A stretch of 64,000 nt of DNA from a virus (taxonomy: Duplodnaviria; Caudoviricetes): IMG/VR virus record IMGVR_UViG_3300021400_000130, positions 89,614-153,613 of that record, one strand, 5' to 3'. The position numbers and the translations under genes are program-made. This document shows positions 38,364 through 47,080 of the stretch, piece by piece (positions within the stretch are counted from its first letter, which is position 1; every line of letters starts with the position of its first letter). Under the pieces are notes generated by a model. That model was given only the letters and a program-made list of their open reading frames with translations, did no database searches and was not told where the DNA came from.

Positions 38364-39540
38364 TAACAACCAGATAAACGAATTTATTGTAAGATGGTAT
38401 GATCAAGAAAAAGTAAACAACCCGATGCTGACTTGGCTTGACTGTGCGGCGCAAGTCTTTAAATATTTTGGGAAACAGTTAACAGCTGATGCTTGCAGGG
38501 CAAGATATTGGAGAATGACTTTTGTTCCAGAACATACTAGAGAAGAGCAACCGGAACAACTTGTCATTGATGACCCTGCTTTCCAAGAAAAGATTGAAAA
38601 GCAGAAGGAAAAGTATAAGAAGAGCGACGAACGCATACAAGTAAATGCTCTTGTACGAAGAATGTCTAGAGAAGAGACAATCAAAGAGATTGCTCATGAA
38701 GTCGCTGAGAAGTTTGAAGAAAAATATCCATTTGTTATTGATCTGAGTAATCATAGTAATAAGAAGAATGAAGAAAAAGAAGCAATTCTTCAGATCAGTG
38801 ATTGGCACTATGGAATTGTTATAGATAGTCCGTATAATAAATATAATCCCGAGATTTGTAAGGAAAGAGTTACTCGTCTTGCGAAGGAAGTTGCTGAAAG
38901 ATGTGCGAAGAATGACATCAATAAGCTCCATGTAGTTAATCTCGGTGATATGATTGCGGGTAGGATACACCTAACCATTCGTCTAAACAGTAGAATTGAT
39001 GTTGTCACACAGACAATAGAAGTAGCAGAACTGATTGCTAACTTCCTCTATTCTCTGTCTACATTTCTTGACATTGAGTATTATGATACTCTTGATAATC
39101 ATAGTAGGTTAGAACCTACTTTGTGCGACTCCCTTGATCTTGAATCCTTAGTTAGAATCATTACTTGGTTCTTGAAGGAAAGACTTAAGAATGTACCTAC
39201 TATTCATTTCAATGACAACACGCTGGGAGACGATATTGCATCGTTCAGTTGTCTTGGTCATAAGATTATTGCTGTACATGGGGACAAGGATAAGCCTGAA
39301 ACAGTTGTTCAGAATCTTTCCCTGATGTCCAAATCTTATTATGATCTAGCTCTTATGGCTCATAGACATCATTTCTTCTGTGACGAGAAGAATAGAACAG
39401 TTCTTGTTTCTAATAGTAGTCTTATGGGAACTGACGAGCTTGCACAGAATCTTCGGTTATCCGCCGCCGCGTCACAGAATCTGATTATTGTGACAAAGAA
39501 GAATGTAGTAGATACTATATGCAGAATTGATGTTGAATAA
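38341..39540 (+). CDS. Calcineurin-like metallophosphoesterase with N-terminal HTH-like region
   Basis: ISDWHYG, NLGDMI, DNHSR, VHGD, MAHRHH. Confidence 0.8.
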   Translation: MSYNTKNDNNQINEFIVRWYDQEKVNNPMLTWLDCAAQVFKYFGKQLTADACRARYWRMTFVPEHTREEQPEQLVIDDPAFQEKIEKQKEKYKKSDERIQVNALVRRMSREETIKEIAHEVAEKFEEKYPFVIDLSNHSNKKNEEKEAILQISDWHYGIVIDSPYNKYNPEICKERVTRLAKEVAERCAKNDINKLHVVNLGDMIAGRIHLTIRLNSRIDVVTQTIEVAELIANFLYSLSTFLDIEYYDTLDNHSRLEPTLCDSLDLESLVRIITWFLKERLKNVPTIHFNDNTLGDDIASFSCLGHKIIAVHGDKDKPETVVQNLSLMSKSYYDLALMAHRHHFFCDEKNRTVLVSNSSLMGTDELAQNLRLSAAASQNLIIVTKKNVVDTICRIDVE

Positions 39541-39614
39541 TTCAAACTTTATATAGAAGATAAATCTATAAGCACTTGGTTAAGTAAAGCACCAAGTTAA
39601 GGAGGAAATGAAAA

Positions 39615-40028
39615 ATGAAGAAAATGTTCTATAGCGAAGTTCTTGACAAGTATTTTGATTCTGAGGAAGAGTGCCTCAGACAGGAACTGGTTGAGAAGAA
39701 AAAGGTTGCTGTTAAGAAAGAGGAACAGCTCAAAACCGATTCAAGAAAGCAGGCAGCAAAAGAAGTAGAGGAAGCTGTAAAGGCAGTATTCGATGCTTGG
39801 GATGACCTGAAGGATGCAGAAGCTCGAGCGAAAGTTGCGTATACGCAGATTGTCACCCCGGCAAAGGAAAAGCTGAAAGAAGCTGAACAGAAGCGCATGA
39901 AGGCCATTCAGGAATTTAACAAGAAGTTTGGCGTATATACCAAACGGTATACCGGTGAAGAAGCGAAAGATGAATTCCTTCGCACTATTGCTGGTATTGA
40001 AGACCTTTTCAATATTTTCAATATCTAA
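39615..40028 (+). CDS. Coiled-coil hypothetical protein
   Basis: AAGGAGG SD; K/E/A-rich. Confidence 0.65.
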   Translation: MKKMFYSEVLDKYFDSEEECLRQELVEKKKVAVKKEEQLKTDSRKQAAKEVEEAVKAVFDAWDDLKDAEARAKVAYTQIVTPAKEKLKEAEQKRMKAIQEFNKKFGVYTKRYTGEEAKDEFLRTIAGIEDLFNIFNI

Positions 40029-40064
40029 ATTAATTTAACTATATAAAGTTTGTTTTATTATATA

Positions 40065-40090
40065 GAGGCGAATAATTTTCGCCTCCTTAT
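40065..40090 (+). terminator. Hairpin, possible terminator or processing site
   Basis: GAGGCGAA-TAATT-TTCGCCTC, weak U-tail. Confidence 0.5.
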
Positions 40091-40140
40091 GTTAACTTAA
40101 CGACAGGGTTATTAAATGAGTTCAATTCTCATGGTTAACT
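40091..40140 (+). ncRNA. Mini tRNA-like structure (acceptor stem + T-arm, no anticodon arm)
   Basis: GTTAACT/GGTTAAC 7-bp stem; ATGAG-TTCAATT-CTCAT T-arm adjoining the 3' strand; TAAC/GTTA short arm. Confidence 0.5.
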
Positions 40141-40157
40141 TGTAAAGGAGAGATACA

Positions 40158-40931
40158 ATGCAATATTTCATTGTTGCTGATGTTCATAGTTTCTACAATG
40201 AACTGATTACAGCATTAAATAATGCAGAATGGAAGAATGAAGACAATCAGTGTTTTGTTTCTTTAGGAGATCTTTGTGACAGAGGTCCAGACACTATTAA
40301 GTGTTTAGAGTTTGTTAATAATCTTCCCGATAATAGAAAGATATTGATTCGTGGAAATCACGAAGATTTGATGGAACAAGCAATCTGTAGAAAATTGTTT
40401 AAGTTTCATGATATTCATAATGGAACGGTGAAGACTGCAGAAGCTATTGCATTACACGAAGGTTGGAATAGCAAAGAGTGGGGCCTGACAGAATCAGATG
40501 ACAGAGAAATTCTGAATCTAGTTAAAGATTCATCTCTTTGGAATAACTATGTAAATAAAACTGTTAATTTTGCTGAAGTAGGAAAGAATATATTCGTTCA
40601 TGGATGGATACCTACAAAGCTAGATACATGGGAGAAGCAATCAAACTGGAGGTCAGATCTGGCTGATTGGGATAGTGCTCGTTGGATTAACGGAATGGAA
40701 GCATGGAGTAACGGTGCAAAGATAAAAGGTAAGACCATCTGGTGTGGTCATTGGCACACTTCTTGGGGTCATTCTGTTCTTCATCATGACGGTGTAGAGT
40801 TTCCTGAAGCAAAAGGCGACATAGCACACTTTTCACCATTTATTGATAAAGGTATTGTAGCAATGGATGCTTGTACAGCTTTTTCACACAAAGTAAATTG
40901 TAAAGTTATTGAGGTCGATAATGATAAGTAA
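40158..40931 (+). CDS. Metallophosphoesterase (Ser/Thr phosphatase-like)
   Basis: ADVHS, LGDLCDRGP, RGNHE, VHG, CGHWH. Confidence 0.88.
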   Translation: MQYFIVADVHSFYNELITALNNAEWKNEDNQCFVSLGDLCDRGPDTIKCLEFVNNLPDNRKILIRGNHEDLMEQAICRKLFKFHDIHNGTVKTAEAIALHEGWNSKEWGLTESDDREILNLVKDSSLWNNYVNKTVNFAEVGKNIFVHGWIPTKLDTWEKQSNWRSDLADWDSARWINGMEAWSNGAKIKGKTIWCGHWHTSWGHSVLHHDGVEFPEAKGDIAHFSPFIDKGIVAMDACTAFSHKVNCKVIEVDNDK

Positions 40932-41244
40932 AGAAAACTTCTGTGCTCTTCTCTGTTCTTGTAGAGAATTAGATGAATATATTCAAAAGTTGCGTAGGTC
41001 ATTGTGTATCGAACTTATGGATGCCCATCCTTGTTTTTCAACACTTGATACTATTATCGAATGTTTGGATAAGGAGTTTAATTGTGATAGTGTTTCTTAC
41101 TACTTCTATGAAAGGAACTGTAATGGGACCGAGATGAGTGGCAAGCCTACACCATTCCTCTGGGAAGCAGACGGTACAGAAGTATGGATACATTCAGATG
41201 AGGAATTGTATGATTATCTATTAGCAAACAAGAAAGAGGACTAA
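40921..41244 (+). CDS. Hypothetical protein
   Basis: GAGG SD; MISKENF..EELYDYL. Confidence 0.55.
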   Translation: MISKENFCALLCSCRELDEYIQKLRRSLCIELMDAHPCFSTLDTIIECLDKEFNCDSVSYYFYERNCNGTEMSGKPTPFLWEADGTEVWIHSDEELYDYLLANKKED

Positions 41245-41246
41245 TT

Positions 41247-41576
41247 ATGTCGGTAAAAGATGTACACGAATATTACAATAAAGTTTCTTCAGACTATCAT
41301 GATCTAATTCTAACTTTGAAAGACATGGAGGAAGAATATAAAAACAATCTTGTTAGCCCAGAAACACTCAAGAATTTAGAAAAACAGATTGAACCTATAA
41401 AGACAAACTTCCGGACAATATCTTATATTATTTTCTTGTTAAATAAACCAACAAAGAAATCAAAACATGCAAGATATAAGAAGCAGAATAAAAAACTTCT
41501 AGAGAATTGCAGAACTCTTGAAGAAGTACAGCAAGAGAATAAAACTGTATTAAATAATATTAAAGCTGGTAATTAA
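41247..41576 (+). CDS. Hypothetical protein
   Basis: GAGGA SD; followed by terminator. Confidence 0.6.
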   Translation: MSVKDVHEYYNKVSSDYHDLILTLKDMEEEYKNNLVSPETLKNLEKQIEPIKTNFRTISYIIFLLNKPTKKSKHARYKKQNKKLLENCRTLEEVQQENKTVLNNIKAGN

Positions 41577-41596
41577 ATACTACCAGCTTTCTTTTT
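41562..41596 (+). terminator. Rho-independent terminator
   Basis: AAAGCTGGTA..TACCAGCTTT followed by CTTTTT. Confidence 0.75.
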
Positions 41597-41649
41597 AAGC
41601 AGTTTATAATTGTGCTAAATTTCATATTTAAAAGGAAGTTTGTGATTCA

Positions 41650-42067
41650 ATGAGTATAGTAACAATTATACTTTTGATTGTAAGCGTCCTGTATGTCATT
41701 ATTGTTGTAAGAGCAATAATTCAAAAACTGATTCTTGAAAAAGAAATGTCAAAATTAATTAGAAATATAAAATCAAAGAAAGCGAGAAATGATACGGATG
41801 GAACAACTACTACAAGAGATAGGAATTCATGAAACACCGCAGATAGGATCTGACGGAACTTATGTCATAGACATCAAAGATTCAAACGAGTATGGAGTTT
41901 ATTATTCAAAATTAGACAGATCTGATTTACTGGATGAAGATGAAGAAAGTTCTAATGTAACAATAGACGGATCTACAATTGTATATATTAGTGATGATTA
42001 TACACTGACACTGATTGCTGATTTTGCTAGCGATCAGTATAAGCTTACAATCAGAGAAAACGATTAA
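41650..42067 (+). other. Small TM protein (41650-41832) and acidic hypothetical protein (about 41798-42067)
   Basis: Hydrophobic N-terminus in first; overlapping second ORF. Confidence 0.5.
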
Positions 42068-42087
42068 ATTAATTAGGAGAAGACAAA

Positions 42088-42741
42088 ATGATTGCAGGAA
42101 CTAAAGACATCATTACAGATGAAATTCAACTAAGCGAAAGATCAGAAGAAATTGATACATTACATGAAGGTCAATTACTTCAAGAGATTACAAAGTATTT
42201 GAAGAGGACTTTAAGAAAAAGAGAAGATTTGTTTGCTCTGTCAGCACCAGCAATTGGATACAACAAACGAATTTTCTGTATGAAGTTTGAACATGACCAG
42301 ATAAAGACATTTGTAAATCCTATTATTGAATCTTATTCACCGAATGGGATGCAACTGTCAAGAGAAAAGTGTTCTTCACTTCCTGGTAAAGAATACATTA
42401 GGGTCAGAAATAACGATATTAGAGTAATGTATCAGAAACCAACAGGAGAAGCAGAAAGTAATCGGTTACTCGGAAAAGCTGCTTTAGTATTTCAGCATGA
42501 AATGGATCATCTTGAGGGTGTTTTGATTTCAGACATTGGTCTTGAAGTTATTCCTGAATTTGATGAAGCAACAGACGAAGAAAGAGCAGAAGTAATCAAA
42601 GAATATCTTGACTCTCTTGACATTCGTCTAAAAGAAACTAATAAAGAAATACAGAATGATCCGGAATTGAAACAGATTGATGACGCAACAAAATTTATGA
42701 CCGGAGTCTTAACAGGAGAAATCAAACAAACAGAAGATTAA
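42088..42741 (+). CDS. def: Peptide deformylase (divergent)
   Basis: ALSAPAIG, FVNP, EKCSSLPG, VFQHEMDHLEG. Confidence 0.85.
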   Translation: MIAGTKDIITDEIQLSERSEEIDTLHEGQLLQEITKYLKRTLRKREDLFALSAPAIGYNKRIFCMKFEHDQIKTFVNPIIESYSPNGMQLSREKCSSLPGKEYIRVRNNDIRVMYQKPTGEAESNRLLGKAALVFQHEMDHLEGVLISDIGLEVIPEFDEATDEERAEVIKEYLDSLDIRLKETNKEIQNDPELKQIDDATKFMTGVLTGEIKQTED

Positions 42742-42765
42742 CCCGAGAGGATTTATTCAAGTCGT

Positions 42766-43413
42766 ATGGACACAACAATATTACTACGCAGAAGTCACAG
42801 TTTAGGTACTGCCGCTAATGTCCAGTTACAATATGGCGAACCTTTATATACTGACGATCAATATTTTACCGTTGGTAATGAGGCAGAATCATTAGTTAGT
42901 CAGCGAAATGTTATTCGTCTAGTTCCAAAGGCACAAGCTGATTCTCAGTTATACTATACTGTTAATGGTTCAGGACAAATTGTTATTAATATTTTGAATG
43001 GAACGACCTTGACTCCAATTACAACTCTTGGAACAGCCGCTTCAAAAGATGTTGTTAGTGAAGCAGTAGCAAATAGCGATGATCTAATCACAAGTGGTGC
43101 TGTTAAAGAAATTCAGACTCAGTTAGAAAGTTCAATTCAAGATGTCCAGTCTAACATACAGGATTTAGAAGAAGGAATTTCTGATTTAGTAGGAAAAACA
43201 TTAGAAACTACAGTTACTTCTAATTCTGAGAATCCCGTAACAGGAGGGGCAGTATATGCTTTTGTAAATCAGATGATTTCAGAAGCTTTTAACAATTATA
43301 AGCCTTGGACAACAGATTCGTCTGATAACAAGAGATTCTATCTTAACAATACCACTGGGCTACAGTATCATGACGGAACTAAATGGGTAACAGTCCCGGT
43401 AGGATACACTTAA
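42766..43413 (+). CDS. Putative tail-fibre/virion protein
   Basis: TILLRR..LQYGEPLY N-terminus, LGTAASKDV, repeated NS..(L/P)(I/V)T(S/G)GAV, short coiled coil, LQYHDGTKW; all common in phage fibres. Confidence 0.5.
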   Translation: MDTTILLRRSHSLGTAANVQLQYGEPLYTDDQYFTVGNEAESLVSQRNVIRLVPKAQADSQLYYTVNGSGQIVINILNGTTLTPITTLGTAASKDVVSEAVANSDDLITSGAVKEIQTQLESSIQDVQSNIQDLEEGISDLVGKTLETTVTSNSENPVTGGAVYAFVNQMISEAFNNYKPWTTDSSDNKRFYLNNTTGLQYHDGTKWVTVPVGYT

Positions 43414-43440
43414 TAAAAACTAGAGGAGAGATAATAAGAA

Positions 43441-43710
43441 ATGAAAGAGATTCAAATAACAGAAGAACTAAGAGATAAGATTCAGGCAGTGGATTTTGAA
43501 CTTACTGCAACGAAGGATATTATCAATTACATATGGGGTCAGTCTCCTGTTAATATGGAGGCTGTAGAATATTATACTAAACAGCAGAAAGAACTCTTTA
43601 TTGAGTTTGAACTTGCAAAAAACACTCTTGTTAAAATGTATGATCTTAACGGGAAGGATTGGAATCTAGATTATCATACTGCTACTCTTACAATATTCGA
43701 GGAAGAGTAA
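43441..43710 (+). CDS. Small accessory protein of CXXX-repeat modification system (possible RRE-like partner)
   Basis: 89 aa, I.ITEE.RD.IQ..W.LDY.T..LTI pattern; abuts radical SAM gene. Confidence 0.55.
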   Translation: MKEIQITEELRDKIQAVDFELTATKDIINYIWGQSPVNMEAVEYYTKQQKELFIEFELAKNTLVKMYDLNGKDWNLDYHTATLTIFEEE

Positions 43711-45042
43711 ATGATTGGTAATTATGAGGAATATCCAGAAACTTTAAATCGTCTCTTTATAGAAGATAAGACCAGAGGTTTTGATGCAAAAACTGATGGA
43801 ATATATGCAAGAACAATAACATTTCAAGTTACTGAAGATTGTTGCATGAAATGCACTTATTGTTATCAACACAATAAGAAACCAAATGTTATGTCCTTTG
43901 AAATAGCAAAACAGTTTATTGATGATTTACTTTCAGGTTCTGATAAATTATCAAACTATATTCCGAAAGACACAGTTGGAATTGTTCTTGAATTCATAGG
44001 CGGCGAACCATTTCTTGAAATAGATCTTATTAGTAAAATAACGGATTACTATTTTGAAGAGTGTACTAGATTGCATCACCCTTGGACAACAAAAACAAGA
44101 GTTTCAATTTCTACTAATGGACTTTTATATTTTGATCCAAGAGTTCAAGAGTACTTAAAAAAGCATCAGAAACATTTATCCCTCAATATAACAGTTGATG
44201 GAAATAAAGAGCTTCATGACAGTTGTAGAATTGATCTTGAAGGAAAAGGAACTTATGACAGAGTAATTTCTGCAGTAGACGATTATACTACAAAGTACGG
44301 TAAAGGTTCACTTCCTACAAAGATGACAATCTCTCCTGATAATGTTTCTAATCTATATAAAGCTGTTGTAGCAATGATTGAGTATGGATATCCGATTGTC
44401 AATTTCAATCCTGTTTATGAAGATGTTTGGAAAAGAGAAGATGCAAGAATTTTCTATAAAGAGTTAAAAAAACTTGCAGATTATCTCATAGAACATAATA
44501 AACTAGACCCACTCGTATGTCCTTATCTTGCTCCAATGTATTGTCACCCTATGTTACCTGACGATGACCACAATTGGTGTGGCGGAACAGGGGCAATGTT
44601 AGCAATAGATTGGCAAGGAAATCTATATCCTTGTATTCGTTACATGCCGAATGCGTTGGGAGACGAAAGACCCCCTTATGTTATTGGAACAGTTAAAGAC
44701 GGAATAATGAGCACAAAAGAACAGTGCGACAGAATTGATTGTCTTAATTGTATAACAAGAAAGAGTCAGTCTACCGAAGAATGTTTCAACTGTCCTATAG
44801 CAAGCGGCTGTGGATGGTGTTCCGGATACTGTTATGAATTATATGGTACACCCAATAAAAGAACTACATTTATATGTGATTTACATAAAGCAAGAGCACT
44901 TGCTTTAACATATATGTGGAATAAGTACTATAGAAAGATTGGGTCAAAAGATTCTTTCAAGATGGATATTCCTGAGGAATGGGCTTTACAAATAATTGAT
45001 ACAGATGAACTGAAGATGTTAAAAGATTTAGTAAAGGAGTAA
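43711..45042 (+). CDS. Radical SAM/SPASM peptide maturase, CXXX-repeat target family
   Basis: ITFQVTEDCCMKCTYCYQ (CxxxCxxC), FIGGEPF, STNG, SPASM Cys set CGGTG..YPC..CFNCPIASGCGWCSGYC..C. Confidence 0.9.
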   Translation: MIGNYEEYPETLNRLFIEDKTRGFDAKTDGIYARTITFQVTEDCCMKCTYCYQHNKKPNVMSFEIAKQFIDDLLSGSDKLSNYIPKDTVGIVLEFIGGEPFLEIDLISKITDYYFEECTRLHHPWTTKTRVSISTNGLLYFDPRVQEYLKKHQKHLSLNITVDGNKELHDSCRIDLEGKGTYDRVISAVDDYTTKYGKGSLPTKMTISPDNVSNLYKAVVAMIEYGYPIVNFNPVYEDVWKREDARIFYKELKKLADYLIEHNKLDPLVCPYLAPMYCHPMLPDDDHNWCGGTGAMLAIDWQGNLYPCIRYMPNALGDERPPYVIGTVKDGIMSTKEQCDRIDCLNCITRKSQSTEECFNCPIASGCGWCSGYCYELYGTPNKRTTFICDLHKARALALTYMWNKYYRKIGSKDSFKMDIPEEWALQIIDTDELKMLKDLVKE

Positions 45043-45048
45043 TCAGAA

Positions 45049-45855
45049 GTGGCTTCTATTACCCCAGAAAGATTTGTTGAATTAAAAAGTAGAATAACTG
45101 CTGAGTGTATCCGAAGAAGTAAAGTAGGAGATGCTGAAAATAGTGTTTCTTTACAACAGTATGGATCTTCAGCGTATAGTTTTTCTGAAGCACCAGTTGA
45201 AAATAAAAAGGTGCGTCACGAGCATCTTTCCAAGTGCTGGGACATTCTGAACAAAGTAAATGATAATGTTATTACTGATAAGAAAAATAAAGTAATACTC
45301 AATACAGACTTTGCAAAGATGGAAAACTTCGTAAGTGTTCTTGAATCAAATCCTGAACCTGAAACAGTAGTAAAGCAGAGCGGGACTAATTCTAATTACT
45401 CTGATTGTTCAGGGGGTTGTACAGGTCTTTGCTTTGGTTGCACTAGTTGTACTAACGCTTGTAAAGATCAATGTACGAGTTGTACTGGATGTACTAGTTG
45501 TACTGGATCTTGTGTAAACGGTTGTAGCGGAACTTGCACAGATACCTGTACAGGAGGATGTACTGGAACTTGTTCGGGACTTTGCACAACAGGATGTAAA
45601 GATCAGTGCACAGGCGGATGTCTTGGTTGTAGTGGAGGATGCAGAGGATACTGTATTGGAACTACGTCAAAAGGCTACTCTAGTTGCTCATCTTGTGATG
45701 TTGGATGCTATGGTGGTTGCTGTAGTGACTGCTCAAGTAATTGTGGAAATCACATTAATATACCAACAACAGGTTACTCCGCTAATAATAATCAGATAGT
45801 TGGTTGTATAAAACCTGGTTGGAGACCCGACTGGTGGAACGGCAGATATACATAA
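45049..45855 (+). CDS. Cys-rich CXXX-repeat protein, probable radical SAM substrate
   Basis: About 119-aa N-domain, then 30 Cys in CxxC/CxxxC spacing (45406-45744) with T/S/G fill. Confidence 0.85.
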   Translation: MASITPERFVELKSRITAECIRRSKVGDAENSVSLQQYGSSAYSFSEAPVENKKVRHEHLSKCWDILNKVNDNVITDKKNKVILNTDFAKMENFVSVLESNPEPETVVKQSGTNSNYSDCSGGCTGLCFGCTSCTNACKDQCTSCTGCTSCTGSCVNGCSGTCTDTCTGGCTGTCSGLCTTGCKDQCTGGCLGCSGGCRGYCIGTTSKGYSSCSSCDVGCYGGCCSDCSSNCGNHINIPTTGYSANNNQIVGCIKPGWRPDWWNGRYT

Positions 45856-45875
45856 TAAAAGGATAATAGATAGAA

Positions 45876-46490
45876 ATGAATAAGATAAGTTTGAAAGGGA
45901 TGCTCAGAAACATTGAGTATTCTCATAATGTAGAAGATGTTGAGTATCAGAAAGCAGAACTCATTGTTCCTAGAGATGACGGAGAAGATGATGTTCTAAA
46001 CCTTAAGTTTAAAAGATATTCAAACAGATATACAGAGGGTCAGATAGTCTCCTTACAAGGAAATATTCGTTCATATTCTCAAAGGTTAGATTCGGAAAAG
46101 AATAAAGTTGAGCTATATGTCTTTACTTATTTTGATATTCCACAGACAGATGAGAACGATAAAGAAATTATAAATCAACTTGAAATTGACGGGAAAGTAT
46201 GCAAGATTGATAAGTTAAGAAAGAATAAAGAAGGTAAAGAAAGTTTTCATTTTATTCTTGCTAATAACATATTTGTAGAAGATCGCGATACAAGAATTGA
46301 TACTTATTTACCTTGTGTATGTTTTGGAGAATGTGCAAGAAAGTTATCAAAAGAATTACATGTTAGCGATTATATAATTCTAAAAGGACAGTTACATTCA
46401 AGAACTTATAAGAAATATTATGAAAATGGTGAAATGGAGATTAAGACAGCTCATGAGGCGGTGATTTCATCTTATGAAGGCCTCGATTAA
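45876..46490 (+). CDS. ssb: Tandem OB-fold single-stranded DNA-binding protein (clostridial type)
   Basis: GNIRSY, YLPCVCFG..A, GQLHSRTYKK, TAHE. Confidence 0.8.
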   Translation: MNKISLKGMLRNIEYSHNVEDVEYQKAELIVPRDDGEDDVLNLKFKRYSNRYTEGQIVSLQGNIRSYSQRLDSEKNKVELYVFTYFDIPQTDENDKEIINQLEIDGKVCKIDKLRKNKEGKESFHFILANNIFVEDRDTRIDTYLPCVCFGECARKLSKELHVSDYIILKGQLHSRTYKKYYENGEMEIKTAHEAVISSYEGLD

Positions 46491-47044
46491 ATATCTCCCA
46501 GAAGAGTCTTATTTAGCCTCTGTAGAAATAGAGGATATTGGAAATGTCGCACTTGTTATGTATAACGACATGGGGCAAGAATGGTATCTGTTAACAACAA
46601 CAGAATTAGGCTGGACAAAGACTTACTTATTTGGTCCGTTGTTACCAGATGTGAACAGCTTAGTGATAAAGAATTTCTCTTTTTCTTATTCAGAAATAGA
46701 GTATAAAGAAACAAAGCTATTAAACACCATTGAAAAATTTATTCAAGACCCGAAGAAAAGTATAACACAAGTATTTGAAATTAATAGAGAAGATGTATTA
46801 GATAGATACAAGAGTCTTGAGATAGGTGACTGAAATGTATGTTAAAACAAGAACTCCAATAAGAGAATTTAGTGGAAGAATAATCGGATTTGTTGAGGAA
46901 GACGCACAAGGAGATCAACAGATAAGAGATTTTACTGGACATATTCTTGGATTTTATAGAAAGAGAGAAGATAAAACTCGAGACTTTCACGGAAGAATAG
47001 TCGGTAACGGAAATCTTTTAATGATGTTGTTAAATCGGAAATAA
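46474..47044 (+). other. Two hypothetical CDS (46474-46833; about 46826-47044 with three RDF.G.I.G repeats)
   Basis: Coupled ORFs before terminator. Confidence 0.55.
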
Positions 47045-47045
47045 G

Positions 47046-47080
47046 AAAACAGAGACAAGTATTATCTTGTCTCTGTTTTT
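47046..47080 (+). terminator. Rho-independent terminator (possibly bidirectional)
   Basis: AAAACAGAGACAAG-TATTAT-CTTGTCTCTGTTTT(T). Confidence 0.85.

Noticed and set aside
39552-39597. Two small hairpins upstream of 39615 (TATAGA/TCTATA, ACTTGGT/ACCAAGT)
   Set aside because: Short, AT-rich and single-copy; cannot be distinguished from chance.
40091-40140. Canonical tRNA gene
   Set aside because: Only 50 nt with no anticodon arm; reported as tRNA-like. No complete tRNA was spotted by eye in the window.
45406-45744. Repetitive TGTAC(T/A)GG DNA as CRISPR or DGR repeat
   Set aside because: Explained by Cys-Thr-Gly codons; no spacer structure and no reverse transcriptase in the window.
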